Assembly: GCA_043825735.1 (NCBI GenBank)
Contig: JBDRRP010000075.1
Span: forward strand, 1-64,000
Direction: 5' to 3'
DNA: 64,000 nt
Origin: Pseudomonadota bacterium
Lineage (GTDB): Bacteria; Desulfobacterota; Desulfobacteria; Desulfobacterales; JBDRRP01
In this document: positions 30,834-40,257 of the stretch, piece by piece
Position numbering within the stretch: position 1 is the first letter of the stretch
How the letters are laid out: each line of letters opens with the position of its first letter
Notes under the pieces: model-generated
Seen by the model: the letters and a program-made list of their open reading frames with translations, nothing else
What the model was told of the DNA's origin: nothing
The model's database searches: none
Position numbers and translations under genes: made by a program

Positions 30834-31671
30834 CCTGATCGTTGTGACCGTCGCGGTTGATACGCCACAGGGGGTTTGTTCGGACCGTGAGCAGATACCG
30901 GGCAAACGGCTCACGCATGGGATAGGGGATCAGATACCGCGCAACGCCCCGCGCTTCGAGATAACCGCTGATGCAGATGTCGTCGACGAAAAACGCCTCG
31001 GCGGGCATGCCCCGGCGATCCATGAAGTCCGGACCGAAGAGATCGCGCCGGTACAAAACGCCGCACACGCCCGAAAGCACATGGACCCGCCAGGGGCGGT
31101 CCACCTGATTGGCATATCGCACCCGGCGAGCCAGAAACCGCCCACACCGCGGCACCCGCCACCCGCGAAAACCCAGTGCGGCGGCCGGCAGGCGCGCGTG
31201 GTGATCCAGCAGGGTTCGCAGCAGGTGGCGCGGGTAAACGGCGTCGTCATCGACGGTGACGATGAGCGTGGCCGGGTCGGTTTCACGATCAAGGGTGGGC
31301 AGCAGTTTCAAAATGGGGCCCAGGTCCACGGGCCAACGCTGGACGACGATGCGCGGGTCATTTACAATGTCGGGGGGAAGCCGGTAACCGCGCTGCTCCC
31401 GGCGCGATCGATGGGGAATATTCAAATAAATGCAGTCCGGCGCGCGGCTTTGCGCCAACAGGCTGTTGAGCGTGGCCCGGATGCCCGGCAACCGGCTGGG
31501 AATCGCCGACAGGCTGACGACCACCCGCCGGCCGCCCCCCACACCGGCAGCCCCCGGGCGGAGCAGTCGGTGGCGGGCGTGCCGCATCCGCAGATACCAG
31601 AAAAGATATGGCACTGTCGCATATCTAGCCAGGATGCACCATGCGATACCGGCACCGGCCCCCGCGCACAT
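30778..31671 (-). CDS. GT-A fold (GT2-like) glycosyltransferase
   Basis: VVVSLSAIPSR, DLGP..KLLP, VTVDDD..YP, VDDI.ISG; start uncertain (31671-31737). Confidence 0.7.
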   Translation of the reverse strand: MCAGAGAGIAWCILARYATVPYLFWYLRMRHARHRLLRPGAAGVGGGRRVVVSLSAIPSRLPGIRATLNSLLAQSRAPDCIYLNIPHRSRREQRGYRLPPDIVNDPRIVVQRWPVDLGPILKLLPTLDRETDPATLIVTVDDDAVYPRHLLRTLLDHHARLPAAALGFRGWRVPRCGRFLARRVRYANQVDRPWRVHVLSGVCGVLYRRDLFGPDFMDRRGMPAEAFFVDDICISGYLEARGVARYLIPYPMREPFARYLLTVRTNPLWRINRDGHNDQVMVNRYFGHCYARPREDC

Positions 31672-31708
31672 CAAAAAGAATGTCACATTCACCACGACTG
31701 AACCGACC

Positions 31709-32452
31709 ATGCCCTCACCGGACATCCCGAAAATCATCCATCAAACCTGGAAAGACAACCGCCTGCCGCCGGAAATGGCCGCGTTGCGCGACGGGTGGCG
31801 CCGCCGGCATCCGCACTGGTCTTACCGGTTCTACACCGACGCCGACTGCCGCGACGTTGTCCGGCGGCACTTTCCCGACTGGACCGGCATCTACGATGCC
31901 TACCGGCGGCCCATTCAACGGGTGGATCTGTTTCGCTACCTGATCGTGTACCACCACGGCGGCCTTTACGCCGACATGGACATGGCGTGCTTTCGCCCCG
32001 TCGATGCACTGCTCGGCGGCAGCACCTGCGTGCTTTCCGTCGAGGCCCTCCTGACTCGGGCCTACCAGCGCGAACTCGGCTACCGCAAGCCGTTGCAGGT
32101 GGCCAACTGCATCTTTGCCGCAGCGCCGGGGCATCCCTTCTTCAGCCAGGTTCTGGAAAAGGTGCGGCATCATGCCCGGACGCAGGCCGTCTCGGACCGC
32201 GACGTCGAGGACGCCACAGGCCCCCGGATGCTCACGCGGGTATACTTCAGTCTCGATGAAAATGTAAGAAGCCAAATCCGCCTGCTGCCCCAGATCCACC
32301 TCATGGCCCCCACCTGTTATCCAGACCGCTTCCCGTTCAACCGGAAGGTGTACGCCCGCCACCACTGCGCCGGAACGTGGAAAACCCCGTCGGGGCCCAT
32401 CTCCCTCAATCGCCGCTGGATCGAACGAAACCGGCTGCCGCGGTTCTGGTAG
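31709..32452 (+). CDS. GT32 glycosyltransferase (Och1/Sur1-like DxD)
   Basis: IPKIIHQTWK, QRVDLFRY...HHGGLYADMD, PGHPFF, TGP, HHCAGTW. Confidence 0.85.
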   Translation: MPSPDIPKIIHQTWKDNRLPPEMAALRDGWRRRHPHWSYRFYTDADCRDVVRRHFPDWTGIYDAYRRPIQRVDLFRYLIVYHHGGLYADMDMACFRPVDALLGGSTCVLSVEALLTRAYQRELGYRKPLQVANCIFAAAPGHPFFSQVLEKVRHHARTQAVSDRDVEDATGPRMLTRVYFSLDENVRSQIRLLPQIHLMAPTCYPDRFPFNRKVYARHHCAGTWKTPSGPISLNRRWIERNRLPRFW

Positions 32453-32464
32453 CCGGCGCCGCCG

Positions 32465-33460
32465 TCACGGCCGGGACTGCGGTCGCGGGGACCGCGGCAC
32501 GCGCATGATCATGACCATTCCCACGGCAACGGCGTAGAACGCCCCCCACAGCAGATCAACGACGTAGTGGTGGTTCAGATAGAGCGCGGAAAAACAGACC
32601 AGCAGAAAGTATCCGGTCGTGGCCAGCCGCAGCGCCCCGAAACGGAAGGCATAGATGACCGCCAGAAGCGGGATGGCCACATGCAGTGAGGGGATCGCCC
32701 CGAACACGTTGGGCGTCAGCGCGTAGTAATCCCTGAACCAGGATACCCCGAACAGGGCATCGAACCGGGCTGCGCCCGCCGCGCTGGGCAGCGCGTCCGG
32801 ACGGGCCGGCCCCAGCCCGTAAAGATCCACGTACCAGGGGGGTGCCGCCGGGTAGAGGTAATACGTGACGGAGCCGGCCAGATTCAGCCACAGCATCGCC
32901 CACATCATCCCCACGGCACCCGCCTGCCGCTCGGCGCGCGCACCATCGGCCGCCGGTCGCCAGTAAAAATACCCCGCCACAGCGATATAAAAGGGCACGA
33001 ACGCGATGTAGGCGACGCTGGTGACCCCATCGAGGATCGGGCCGGTGTGCAGTTGGAGCCACTGGCTGGGCAGCAGCACACCGTCCGTGGTGGAAATCCC
33101 GAAAAACCGTTCATCGAACCGGTACGGTGCCGCCACATGGATCGCAAGCCGCCAGTCGGCGGCGATATACCGCTGGGCGTCGAAAGCCGCCAGCATCAGC
33201 ACCAGCGGAAGCAGCAGGCGATAGGCCGGCCGCAGCTTCGGCCCGCCGTAGTACAAACCGGTGTATACCGCCGCCAACAGCACATGATCCGCCCGGAGCC
33301 CACCGAGCGCAGCGTGAAAGCACAGAAAACCGGCAGCGATCCCGGCGCAAGCCCACTTCTGCCGGGGATGCCGCCGCACCCACCACCGGCGCCAGGCATG
33401 CGTCCCCTGAGGCACCGAAGCCTTTCCGGCACCGCGGGAAGATGTATGCAAACGGGTCAT
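32465..33460 (-). CDS. Aur1-like inositol phosphorylceramide synthase (PAP2_3 family)
   Basis: Polytopic; YPAAPPWY, FGAIPSLH and YLNHHYVVDL match the Aur1/Ipt1 catalytic motifs; start 33460 or 33502. Confidence 0.8.
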   Translation of the reverse strand: MTRLHTSSRGAGKASVPQGTHAWRRWWVRRHPRQKWACAGIAAGFLCFHAALGGLRADHVLLAAVYTGLYYGGPKLRPAYRLLLPLVLMLAAFDAQRYIAADWRLAIHVAAPYRFDERFFGISTTDGVLLPSQWLQLHTGPILDGVTSVAYIAFVPFYIAVAGYFYWRPAADGARAERQAGAVGMMWAMLWLNLAGSVTYYLYPAAPPWYVDLYGLGPARPDALPSAAGAARFDALFGVSWFRDYYALTPNVFGAIPSLHVAIPLLAVIYAFRFGALRLATTGYFLLVCFSALYLNHHYVVDLLWGAFYAVAVGMVMIMRVPRSPRPQSRP

Positions 33461-33603
33461 GGCGTTTCCCTGCCAGGCGTCCGGCGGGTTGACTTTTAAC
33501 ATTCGTCAGTGGCACAACGTGCCGGCAACGACCGGCGGCCGTCCCAACCGCAGCAAGCCATGGGCGGAGACGATTTCAGCAACCTTTCTTCTAACACATA
33601 AAC

Positions 33604-34803
33604 ATGCCATTTCTGCCAATGAATCGAGGGCTGCCGCCTGACCGGGAGCGCCGTAACACGCCGGCCGCCGACTCACCGCTTCGCGTGCTCATGGTCAGCG
33701 ACTGGTTCTTTCCCAAAACCGGCGGCATCGAATGGCAGGTGCGCGATCTGGCGTGTCAGCTTCAGCATCGCGGGCACCGCGTGTCGGTGCTGACCCCGAC
33801 CCCCGGCCCGGCGGAGGAAAGCGGCATCCCGGTGATCCGCCTGCGCACCGGGCGATTTCCGTTTTTCGGATTCATGTGCACACCGGCAGGGTTCCGCCGG
33901 CTGGCCGAGCACCTCAGAAAAACCGCCCCCGATGTGGTGCATATCCACCTCAGCTACGTGGCGCCGGCGGCATTTGCCGCCGCCGCTTTCTGCCGGCGGC
34001 AGCGAATCCCGGCCGTGGTCACCTTTCACTCCATCCTTGACCGGTTCGCCGCAGTGCTGGCCGCGGCCGATCGCCTGGCCGGCTGGTCCCGGTGGCCGCT
34101 GGTTTTCTCGACCGTGAGTCGACGGGTGGCCGCGGACCTGACCGGGCGGGGCATACCGGTCGAACTGCATCCTGCCCCCAACGGCATCGACCCCGGTTGG
34201 TGGCAGGCCGCAAATCGCCCGGAAACCTCGCCGAAGGATCCGGTAAAGCTGGTCACCGTCATGCGCCTGAGTCCCCGCAAGCGGGCGCTTGCCCTGGTGG
34301 ACATGATGGACCGGCTGGTCGCCCGGCCGGCGGTGCCACCGGTGACGCTGACCATTATCGGTGACGGCCTTCAACGCAGAAAACTGGCGCAGGCCATCAT
34401 GCGCCGCGGCCTCCAGTCGGTGATCCACCTTGCCGGTTACCGTTCGCGCGAAGAAATCCGCCGCATTTTTTCCCGCTCGGACATCTTCGTCATGCCCAGC
34501 CGGCTGGAGTCCTTCGGGATTGCCGCGCTGGAGGCCTGCTGTGCGGGTCTTCCGGTCGTGGCCATGTCGGCATCGGGTATCGCCGAATGGCTGACTGACG
34601 GTCTCAACGGCCTGATCGCCGACGACGATGCCCACATGATCGACTGTCTCAGCCGACTGGTGATGGATGTCCGCCTACGTGAATCGATACGCCGTCACAA
34701 CCGCTGTCAGGCGCTGCCGTTTTCATGGGACCGGGTCGTTGCCCGTCACCTGAGCCTCTACCGTGCCGCCATCGGCCGCGCCGCCCCCGGCCCTGCGCGC
34801 TGA
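33604..34803 (+). CDS. GT4 glycosyltransferase (PimA/PIG-A-like)
   Basis: MVSDWFFPKTGGIE, VTFHS, PNGID, FVMPSRLESFGIAALEA. Confidence 0.88.
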   Translation: MPFLPMNRGLPPDRERRNTPAADSPLRVLMVSDWFFPKTGGIEWQVRDLACQLQHRGHRVSVLTPTPGPAEESGIPVIRLRTGRFPFFGFMCTPAGFRRLAEHLRKTAPDVVHIHLSYVAPAAFAAAAFCRRQRIPAVVTFHSILDRFAAVLAAADRLAGWSRWPLVFSTVSRRVAADLTGRGIPVELHPAPNGIDPGWWQAANRPETSPKDPVKLVTVMRLSPRKRALALVDMMDRLVARPAVPPVTLTIIGDGLQRRKLAQAIMRRGLQSVIHLAGYRSREEIRRIFSRSDIFVMPSRLESFGIAALEACCAGLPVVAMSASGIAEWLTDGLNGLIADDDAHMIDCLSRLVMDVRLRESIRRHNRCQALPFSWDRVVARHLSLYRAAIGRAAPGPAR

Positions 34804-35745
34804 ACGCAGCGCCGCTGCAATGCTCACGGCATACCCCGTGCCGATCCATGGCAACAGGAAACACAGGTGCTGCAGGAGCGCCATTGAAAACGCCGTGCCC
34901 GCATCGACGCCCAGCCACGTGTAGGTCAGCACCGCGGCGGTCTCGTACATACCCAGGTTCCCTGGGGCCACCGACAACAGCGTGGCCATGTTGACCGCCA
35001 CGAGCACCAGGAGCGCCTCGCGGATATCGGGCGATTTGCCGAATGCCGCCACCACGGCGCAGATCGCCGCCAGTTCGAGCCCTTTCATCGCCACGGCCAG
35101 AAAAACCCCCGCCCCCACAGCCGCGGGTGTCCCGGCCGCCCTTAGCCTCACCGCCCATCGCCGCAGTGCGAAGCCTTCGAGGGCCCCGGCGGGCGCCGCC
35201 TTGCCCCAGTGGCGCACCCCGGCAAACACGGCAGTCAGCACCACCGCAGCGGCAGCGACGATGCGCCCGCCGCCGTGCATCCACTGCGGCAGCGGCGCCA
35301 ACAGCAGCGCCGCCAGGAGCATCCCCGCCTTGACAAGGCCTTTGCAAAGCTGATCGATGGTCAGCACCGAGACGGCGGTCCCGGTGTCGATGCGCGGGTG
35401 CCGGCTGAGCAAAATCCCGCCCAGGACGTGCCCGGCCATGAAGGGCACCGTGTTCATCACCATGGCGGCTAGGCTGGTGATCCGAAACATGCGTGGATAG
35501 GGGATGCGCCGGTCTGCCGGGAGAAACAGCCGCCACTGCAACGGCCAGATGAGCAGGACCGCACCGTTGAAGGCCGCCGCCAGCAGGGCCCACCCCGGCC
35601 GCAGGGTCCGCATATCGGCCGCAAAACGCCCCCAGGCGACATGGCGCAGGCACAAAAAGATCAACCCCGTCGCCATCGCCCAGCCAAGGGCCCAGCGCCA
35701 GCGGGCCGGCCGATGGCCGGCCGCAAGGGTGCCGATTCGGATCAT
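34723..35745 (-). CDS. Lysylphosphatidylglycerol synthase TM-domain (YbhN/AglD2-like) flippase-like protein
   Basis: About eight hydrophobic helices; QW..FL, NTVPFMAG, PGNLGMYE motifs. Confidence 0.7.
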   Translation of the reverse strand: MIRIGTLAAGHRPARWRWALGWAMATGLIFLCLRHVAWGRFAADMRTLRPGWALLAAAFNGAVLLIWPLQWRLFLPADRRIPYPRMFRITSLAAMVMNTVPFMAGHVLGGILLSRHPRIDTGTAVSVLTIDQLCKGLVKAGMLLAALLLAPLPQWMHGGGRIVAAAAVVLTAVFAGVRHWGKAAPAGALEGFALRRWAVRLRAAGTPAAVGAGVFLAVAMKGLELAAICAVVAAFGKSPDIREALLVLVAVNMATLLSVAPGNLGMYETAAVLTYTWLGVDAGTAFSMALLQHLCFLLPWIGTGYAVSIAAALRSARRAGGGAADGGTVEAQVTGNDPVP

Positions 35746-36836
35746 CCGGTGAAGTAGACTTTCTTCAACTGTTCCTCGAAGGTGGAGCTTGACTTGGCGA
35801 CCCGATTGAAGGTCTCTTTATCGAGCGTGAGCAGGTCCACGTCGTCCAGGGTGGTGACGGTGGCGGCCCGCGGCTTGTCTTCCAGCAGCGCCAGTTCCCC
35901 GAAGAAGTCACCGGCCTTGAGCCGCACCAGCTCTTTTTCTTTCCCGTCGATGCGCCGGGTCACCGACATGTTGCCGGAGAACACGATATAAAATTTATCT
36001 CCGGCATCGCCTTCGCGGATCACGGCGGTCCCGGGCGGATGGGACTCACGCTGCATCTGGTTGGCGATGTCGGCGATGAGGGTGGGAGTCGATGCCTTGA
36101 AAACAGGGCACTTCTTAAGGAATCCGGCCACGGTGATGGACTCTGCGACATCCACGTCGGAGACCACGTACCCGTCCACCATTTTGATAATGCGGTCGGC
36201 CACATCGAGGATCCGGTTGTCGTGGGTGACGATGAGGATCGTGCAGTCATTGGCTTTGGCCATTTCCTGAAAAATCGTCACCACCAGGCGCCCCGTGTCT
36301 TTGTCCAGGGCGGCGGTGGGTTCATCGGCCAGAATCAGCCGGGGTTCGTTGACCAGCGCCCGGGCAATGGCGACCCGCTGCCGCTGCCCTCCGGACAGCC
36401 CCTGGGGTTTTTTGTGCATGTGCTCTCCCAGTTCAAGACGCCGGAGGATGCCTTCGGCACGCCGGGCGGCCTCTCCGGGTTGGTACGGATGCAGTTCGGT
36501 GGCCAGCTTGACGTTTTGAAAGGCTGTGAGCGAATCGAACAGGTTGTGCGCCTGAAAAATGAAACCGATGTTCTTGCGGACCTCGACCTGCTCTCTGGCC
36601 TTGAGCCCCTGGAGTTCGCGCCCCGTAATTTCCAAGTGGCCCTCCTGGATCGATCGCAGGGCGCCGATCAGCGTGAGCAGAGTGGTCTTGCCCGATCCGG
36701 AAGGCCCGGTCATGATGACGATCTCACCGGGATACATGGTCAGGTTGTTGTCAAAGAGCACCTTGACACGGCTTTCTCCCTGGCCAAATGAGTGTCCGAC
36801 CCCCTGGATTTTGATAATGGGTTGCTTAAGCGACAT
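35742..36836 (-). CDS. DevA-type ABC ATPase fused to a C-terminal cyclic-nucleotide-binding domain
   Basis: GPSGSGKTTLLTLIGALRS, IGFIFQAHNL, LSGGQRQR, VTHDNRILDVADR; C-terminal IREGD.GDKFY...FFGELALL..PRAATV. Confidence 0.88.
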   Translation of the reverse strand: MSLKQPIIKIQGVGHSFGQGESRVKVLFDNNLTMYPGEIVIMTGPSGSGKTTLLTLIGALRSIQEGHLEITGRELQGLKAREQVEVRKNIGFIFQAHNLFDSLTAFQNVKLATELHPYQPGEAARRAEGILRRLELGEHMHKKPQGLSGGQRQRVAIARALVNEPRLILADEPTAALDKDTGRLVVTIFQEMAKANDCTILIVTHDNRILDVADRIIKMVDGYVVSDVDVAESITVAGFLKKCPVFKASTPTLIADIANQMQRESHPPGTAVIREGDAGDKFYIVFSGNMSVTRRIDGKEKELVRLKAGDFFGELALLEDKPRAATVTTLDDVDLLTLDKETFNRVAKSSSTFEEQLKKVYFTG

Positions 36837-36869
36837 GATGTCCCCTGGCACCGCCGGTGCGGCGGTTTT

Positions 36870-38015
36870 CTAAAAAAGTTCCGCGGGATCCGCCGCCAGC
36901 ACTTTTCTAACGGCGATGAACCCGGCGATGCAGCACATAAATATCGTGAGCAAAAACACGGACAGTCCCCGCCCAGGCGTCAGAATCATGATAATCCGGG
37001 TCGTCTGCTCGATGACCGTGTACAGCACATGGCCGGCCAGCAGACCGGGCAGGTAGCCGATGACCGAGAGCAAAAGCGCTTCTTTCATCACCACCCCGAC
37101 CAGAAACCGGGTGGAAAAGCCAACGGCTTTCAGCGTGGCGAACTGCGGCATGTGATCGGTGACTTCGTTAAAAAGGATCTGATAGCAGATGATGATACCG
37201 ATGATAAAACCGACGATCAGGCCGATCCCGAGCAGGGCGCCGACGGGTGTGGTGCGCGTGGTGAAAAAAATCTCGCGGACTCTGAGCTCTTCTGGCGTCA
37301 TGATCAGGATGTCGTCGGGCAGCTGCGCCAGCACTCTTTGCCTCAATGCAGGGATATCGGTCCCTTTGGCCACTCGCAGCAATCCGTAGCTGATCTGGTC
37401 CATCACCCAGGGATCGCGCGGCGCCGCATAGGTGGTGTCACTCATGAGTACGTACCCGTTCTGGGAAAAATTGGGCCCCATCCGAACACTGCCCACCACC
37501 CGGTGTTTCAGGCCGATGATTTCCACCGACATGCCCGTGCGGACATCCCCGTAGATGGACCGTGACAGGGTGTCGAAAAGGATGGCGCCCTTTTCCTTGA
37601 GCAGGTCGGTTTCAAGGGGGCGCCCGTTGATCAGAAACGGCGCGCTGCCCACCGGAAACGCACGATACCCCACCCGCTTGCCCATGCCGCTGGCGGGCGT
37701 GATCATGCCCACCTGGCCTTCATAGACCGGGACCACCTCGCGGATTTCGGGAAAGGCCAGGGCCTGGTAGAGTCGGGCCCGGTCCATCCGCCTAAAACTG
37801 TTGATGGAACGGGTCTTTTTGTTGAGCATGACCAGGTCGGCATTGAGATGGGCGGCGATGTTGGCCTGGCTGTCGTTCAGGCCATTGAAAAAGCCGATGG
37901 CCATGAAAAGCACCAAAACGGCAAAGGCGATGGCGCAAAGAGCCAGCATACAGCGTGCCTTGTTGTGCACCAGCATGCGGAACGCGATAACTGTGCTGTA
38001 TTTCATTTTCATCAT
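36870..38015 (-). CDS. DevC-type ABC permease (FtsX/MacB-like)
   Basis: N-terminal TM, periplasmic domain, ICYQILF.EV.DH..QFATLKAVG, C-terminal ADPAELF. Confidence 0.85.
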   Translation of the reverse strand: MMKMKYSTVIAFRMLVHNKARCMLALCAIAFAVLVLFMAIGFFNGLNDSQANIAAHLNADLVMLNKKTRSINSFRRMDRARLYQALAFPEIREVVPVYEGQVGMITPASGMGKRVGYRAFPVGSAPFLINGRPLETDLLKEKGAILFDTLSRSIYGDVRTGMSVEIIGLKHRVVGSVRMGPNFSQNGYVLMSDTTYAAPRDPWVMDQISYGLLRVAKGTDIPALRQRVLAQLPDDILIMTPEELRVREIFFTTRTTPVGALLGIGLIVGFIIGIIICYQILFNEVTDHMPQFATLKAVGFSTRFLVGVVMKEALLLSVIGYLPGLLAGHVLYTVIEQTTRIIMILTPGRGLSVFLLTIFMCCIAGFIAVRKVLAADPAELF

Positions 38016-39142
38016 CAGAACAGATCGGCCGGGTCGGCCTTCTTGACTTTTCTGAGCGCCAGGAATCCGGATATCAGGCACATCATCATTGACATGGCCA
38101 GAATCAGTGCGGCCAGCGGCAGCGTCAGCAAAATGGGCAGCCGGGTCACCCGATGGATGATGTAAAACAAACCGGCGGTGATCGCCATGGCCGGCAGATA
38201 GCTCAAAACCGCGAACAGCGCCGCCTGCTGAAATCCGACGCCGTAAATGTACCCGGTGGTAAATCCCGCCGCCTTCAAGGTGGCAAATTCATTTAGGTGG
38301 TTGGCGATCTCCGTGCTGAGCACCTGAAACAGGATCACCGCGCCGACGCAGAAGGAAACGAACACGCCGGCCTGTACCATGATGCCGATGGGCATGACGG
38401 AGACGAAATTGTCCTGTTCCAGCGTGATCAGCTGACTGCGCTCGAACACGACGATTTCATGTGAAAGCGTCGATCTCACGGCAGTCGCCACCACCGCCGG
38501 GTCAGCCCCCGGCGATACCTTGATCATGCCGAAACTGATCTCCCGCGGGTCCTGGCGCGTGAGCGCGTAAAAAGTCTGGTTGTTGACGATCACCGCGCCG
38601 TCGGCATAAAACCCCATGCCCAGGGAAAAAGGCGCCTCCGCCCTCACATCCAATCGGTTGATCCTTGCTTCGCGCGGCACCGAAAGACGGCCGTAGGCGG
38701 GGTTTGAAAGCGTGTCGATCATCACGGCGTAGGTCCGCTCCAAACTCGGCAACCCGTCACGGATCGCCGCGTTGCGGATGAACGCCGGGTCGAGATCGAT
38801 GCCGATGATCATCACGGAAGATTCAACCTCGGTGTCCGGATCTTCCCACTCGCCGATGCTGATATTGAGCGGGGCCACCTTGTCAACCCCATCCACGACG
38901 TTGGCTTGAATCAGTTGGACCTTATCGAAACGGCCGGCCTCGTTCATGTACTCGTAATCGTAGAACACCATCAGCAGGTCAAAATCCAAATCCTCGTAGA
39001 CCAGCGTGGATGCCCTTTTGACGGTGTCCAGAAAGCCCACCTGCATAAACATCAACAGGATCGAGAACGATATGCCGGCAACGGCGGCCAGCGATCGCTT
39101 CTTGTTGTGCACCGTATTGTGCCAGGAAAGAAAGATCCTCAT
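38015..39142 (-). CDS. DevC-type ABC permease (FtsX/MacB-like), second paralog
   Basis: LMFMQVGF, LFQVLSTEI..HL.EFATLKA.G, C-terminal ADPADLF. Confidence 0.85.
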   Translation of the reverse strand: MRIFLSWHNTVHNKKRSLAAVAGISFSILLMFMQVGFLDTVKRASTLVYEDLDFDLLMVFYDYEYMNEAGRFDKVQLIQANVVDGVDKVAPLNISIGEWEDPDTEVESSVMIIGIDLDPAFIRNAAIRDGLPSLERTYAVMIDTLSNPAYGRLSVPREARINRLDVRAEAPFSLGMGFYADGAVIVNNQTFYALTRQDPREISFGMIKVSPGADPAVVATAVRSTLSHEIVVFERSQLITLEQDNFVSVMPIGIMVQAGVFVSFCVGAVILFQVLSTEIANHLNEFATLKAAGFTTGYIYGVGFQQAALFAVLSYLPAMAITAGLFYIIHRVTRLPILLTLPLAALILAMSMMMCLISGFLALRKVKKADPADLF

Positions 39143-39211
39143 CGTCCAACCGCCGTTTCTTCCCGCTGCATGCCCTCACCTCTTCGCCGCGAACCCCTTC
39201 AGGCCGCGGCG

Positions 39212-40210
39212 TCATTTCCCAATGTCGGCCAGGCTCACTTCTACTTCCAGATTGATCAGCCGGGCGGCGGTATCCTGTATTTCCAGGGCGATGGTCACCT
39301 CCGCCACCTTGGATCGCCCCTGGATGATCCGGCTGATCCCCGTCACGGTGCCTTTCAGCGCGCCCGGCATCGATTTGCTCGTTATGGTCGCCGCCATCCC
39401 TTTGCGCACGCGCAACACATCCCCCTGGAACACCTCTGCGATAACGACCATTTTGGACAGATCGGCGATCTGTATGATGGGCGATCCACCGGTTTTTTCA
39501 CCCGCGTGCTGAAGGATGTCGAGAATCGTCCCGGCAAAGGGCGCAGAAAGCGTCGACTGGACCTGCTTCTGCTCGGCAGCGTCAAGCTGCTGGCGCGTCT
39601 GGGCCAGTTTCACGTCCCGGTCCAGCCGAAGGCGCTCCAGTTCAAGCGTGGCCAGGGCCAGGTCGCTTTTACGGTTGACCTCGAGTTGGGCCAGTTCCTT
39701 TTGTGCGATCTCCATGTTGATGCGGGCGCTGTTCACCTCGTATTCGCGAAGCTCTTTCTGCTGCGCGGAGTAAGACTCCGAGCCGGCCTCCAGCAGCCGC
39801 GCCAGGGAGCTGTCGGTGAATGCATGGGTGGCTGTAACCGCCTTCAGCTTGGCCTGCTGAAGGGCAATGGCGCTGGCAGCGGCGGCGTCGATCTTCTGGA
39901 CGCGCAGGGTCTGGATGTCGATGGCCTTGGCGCTGGCCACATCGGCCTCGCGAAGATTCTGCTGCGCGATGGCCACTTCCAGGTCCAGCATCTGCTTGGA
40001 GGCGAACGCCACCAGGGGCGCCCCGCGCACCACCTGTTCATCCACATCGACAAGAATCCGCTCGATGGTGACACCCGGCGGGCCGGCGAGATGGACGATG
40101 CCCCCGGCCGGCGCGATCCGGCCCAACGCCCCGATATTCTCCCCGGCGTGCGCCCATGGGAGCAATGTCAAAATAAAACCGGTTACCCATATCCAACTGC
40201 GTTTTTTCAT
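39212..40210 (-). CDS. DevB-type membrane fusion (periplasmic adaptor) protein
   Basis: ALGRIAP start, long coiled coil, APFAGTIL, AEVFQGD, L.NLEVEV end. Confidence 0.85.
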   Translation of the reverse strand: MKKRSWIWVTGFILTLLPWAHAGENIGALGRIAPAGGIVHLAGPPGVTIERILVDVDEQVVRGAPLVAFASKQMLDLEVAIAQQNLREADVASAKAIDIQTLRVQKIDAAAASAIALQQAKLKAVTATHAFTDSSLARLLEAGSESYSAQQKELREYEVNSARINMEIAQKELAQLEVNRKSDLALATLELERLRLDRDVKLAQTRQQLDAAEQKQVQSTLSAPFAGTILDILQHAGEKTGGSPIIQIADLSKMVVIAEVFQGDVLRVRKGMAATITSKSMPGALKGTVTGISRIIQGRSKVAEVTIALEIQDTAARLINLEVEVSLADIGK

Positions 40211-40257
40211 CGTGGGTCACCCCTGTGTTTAACGGTCCAAATTACTGAAGGCGCCAT

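Noticed and set aside
25713..34803. Ordinary capsule or O-antigen locus
   Set aside because: No Wzx/Wzy/Wzz/Wza, priming transferase or nucleotide-sugar genes; not fully excluded for individual glycosyltransferases
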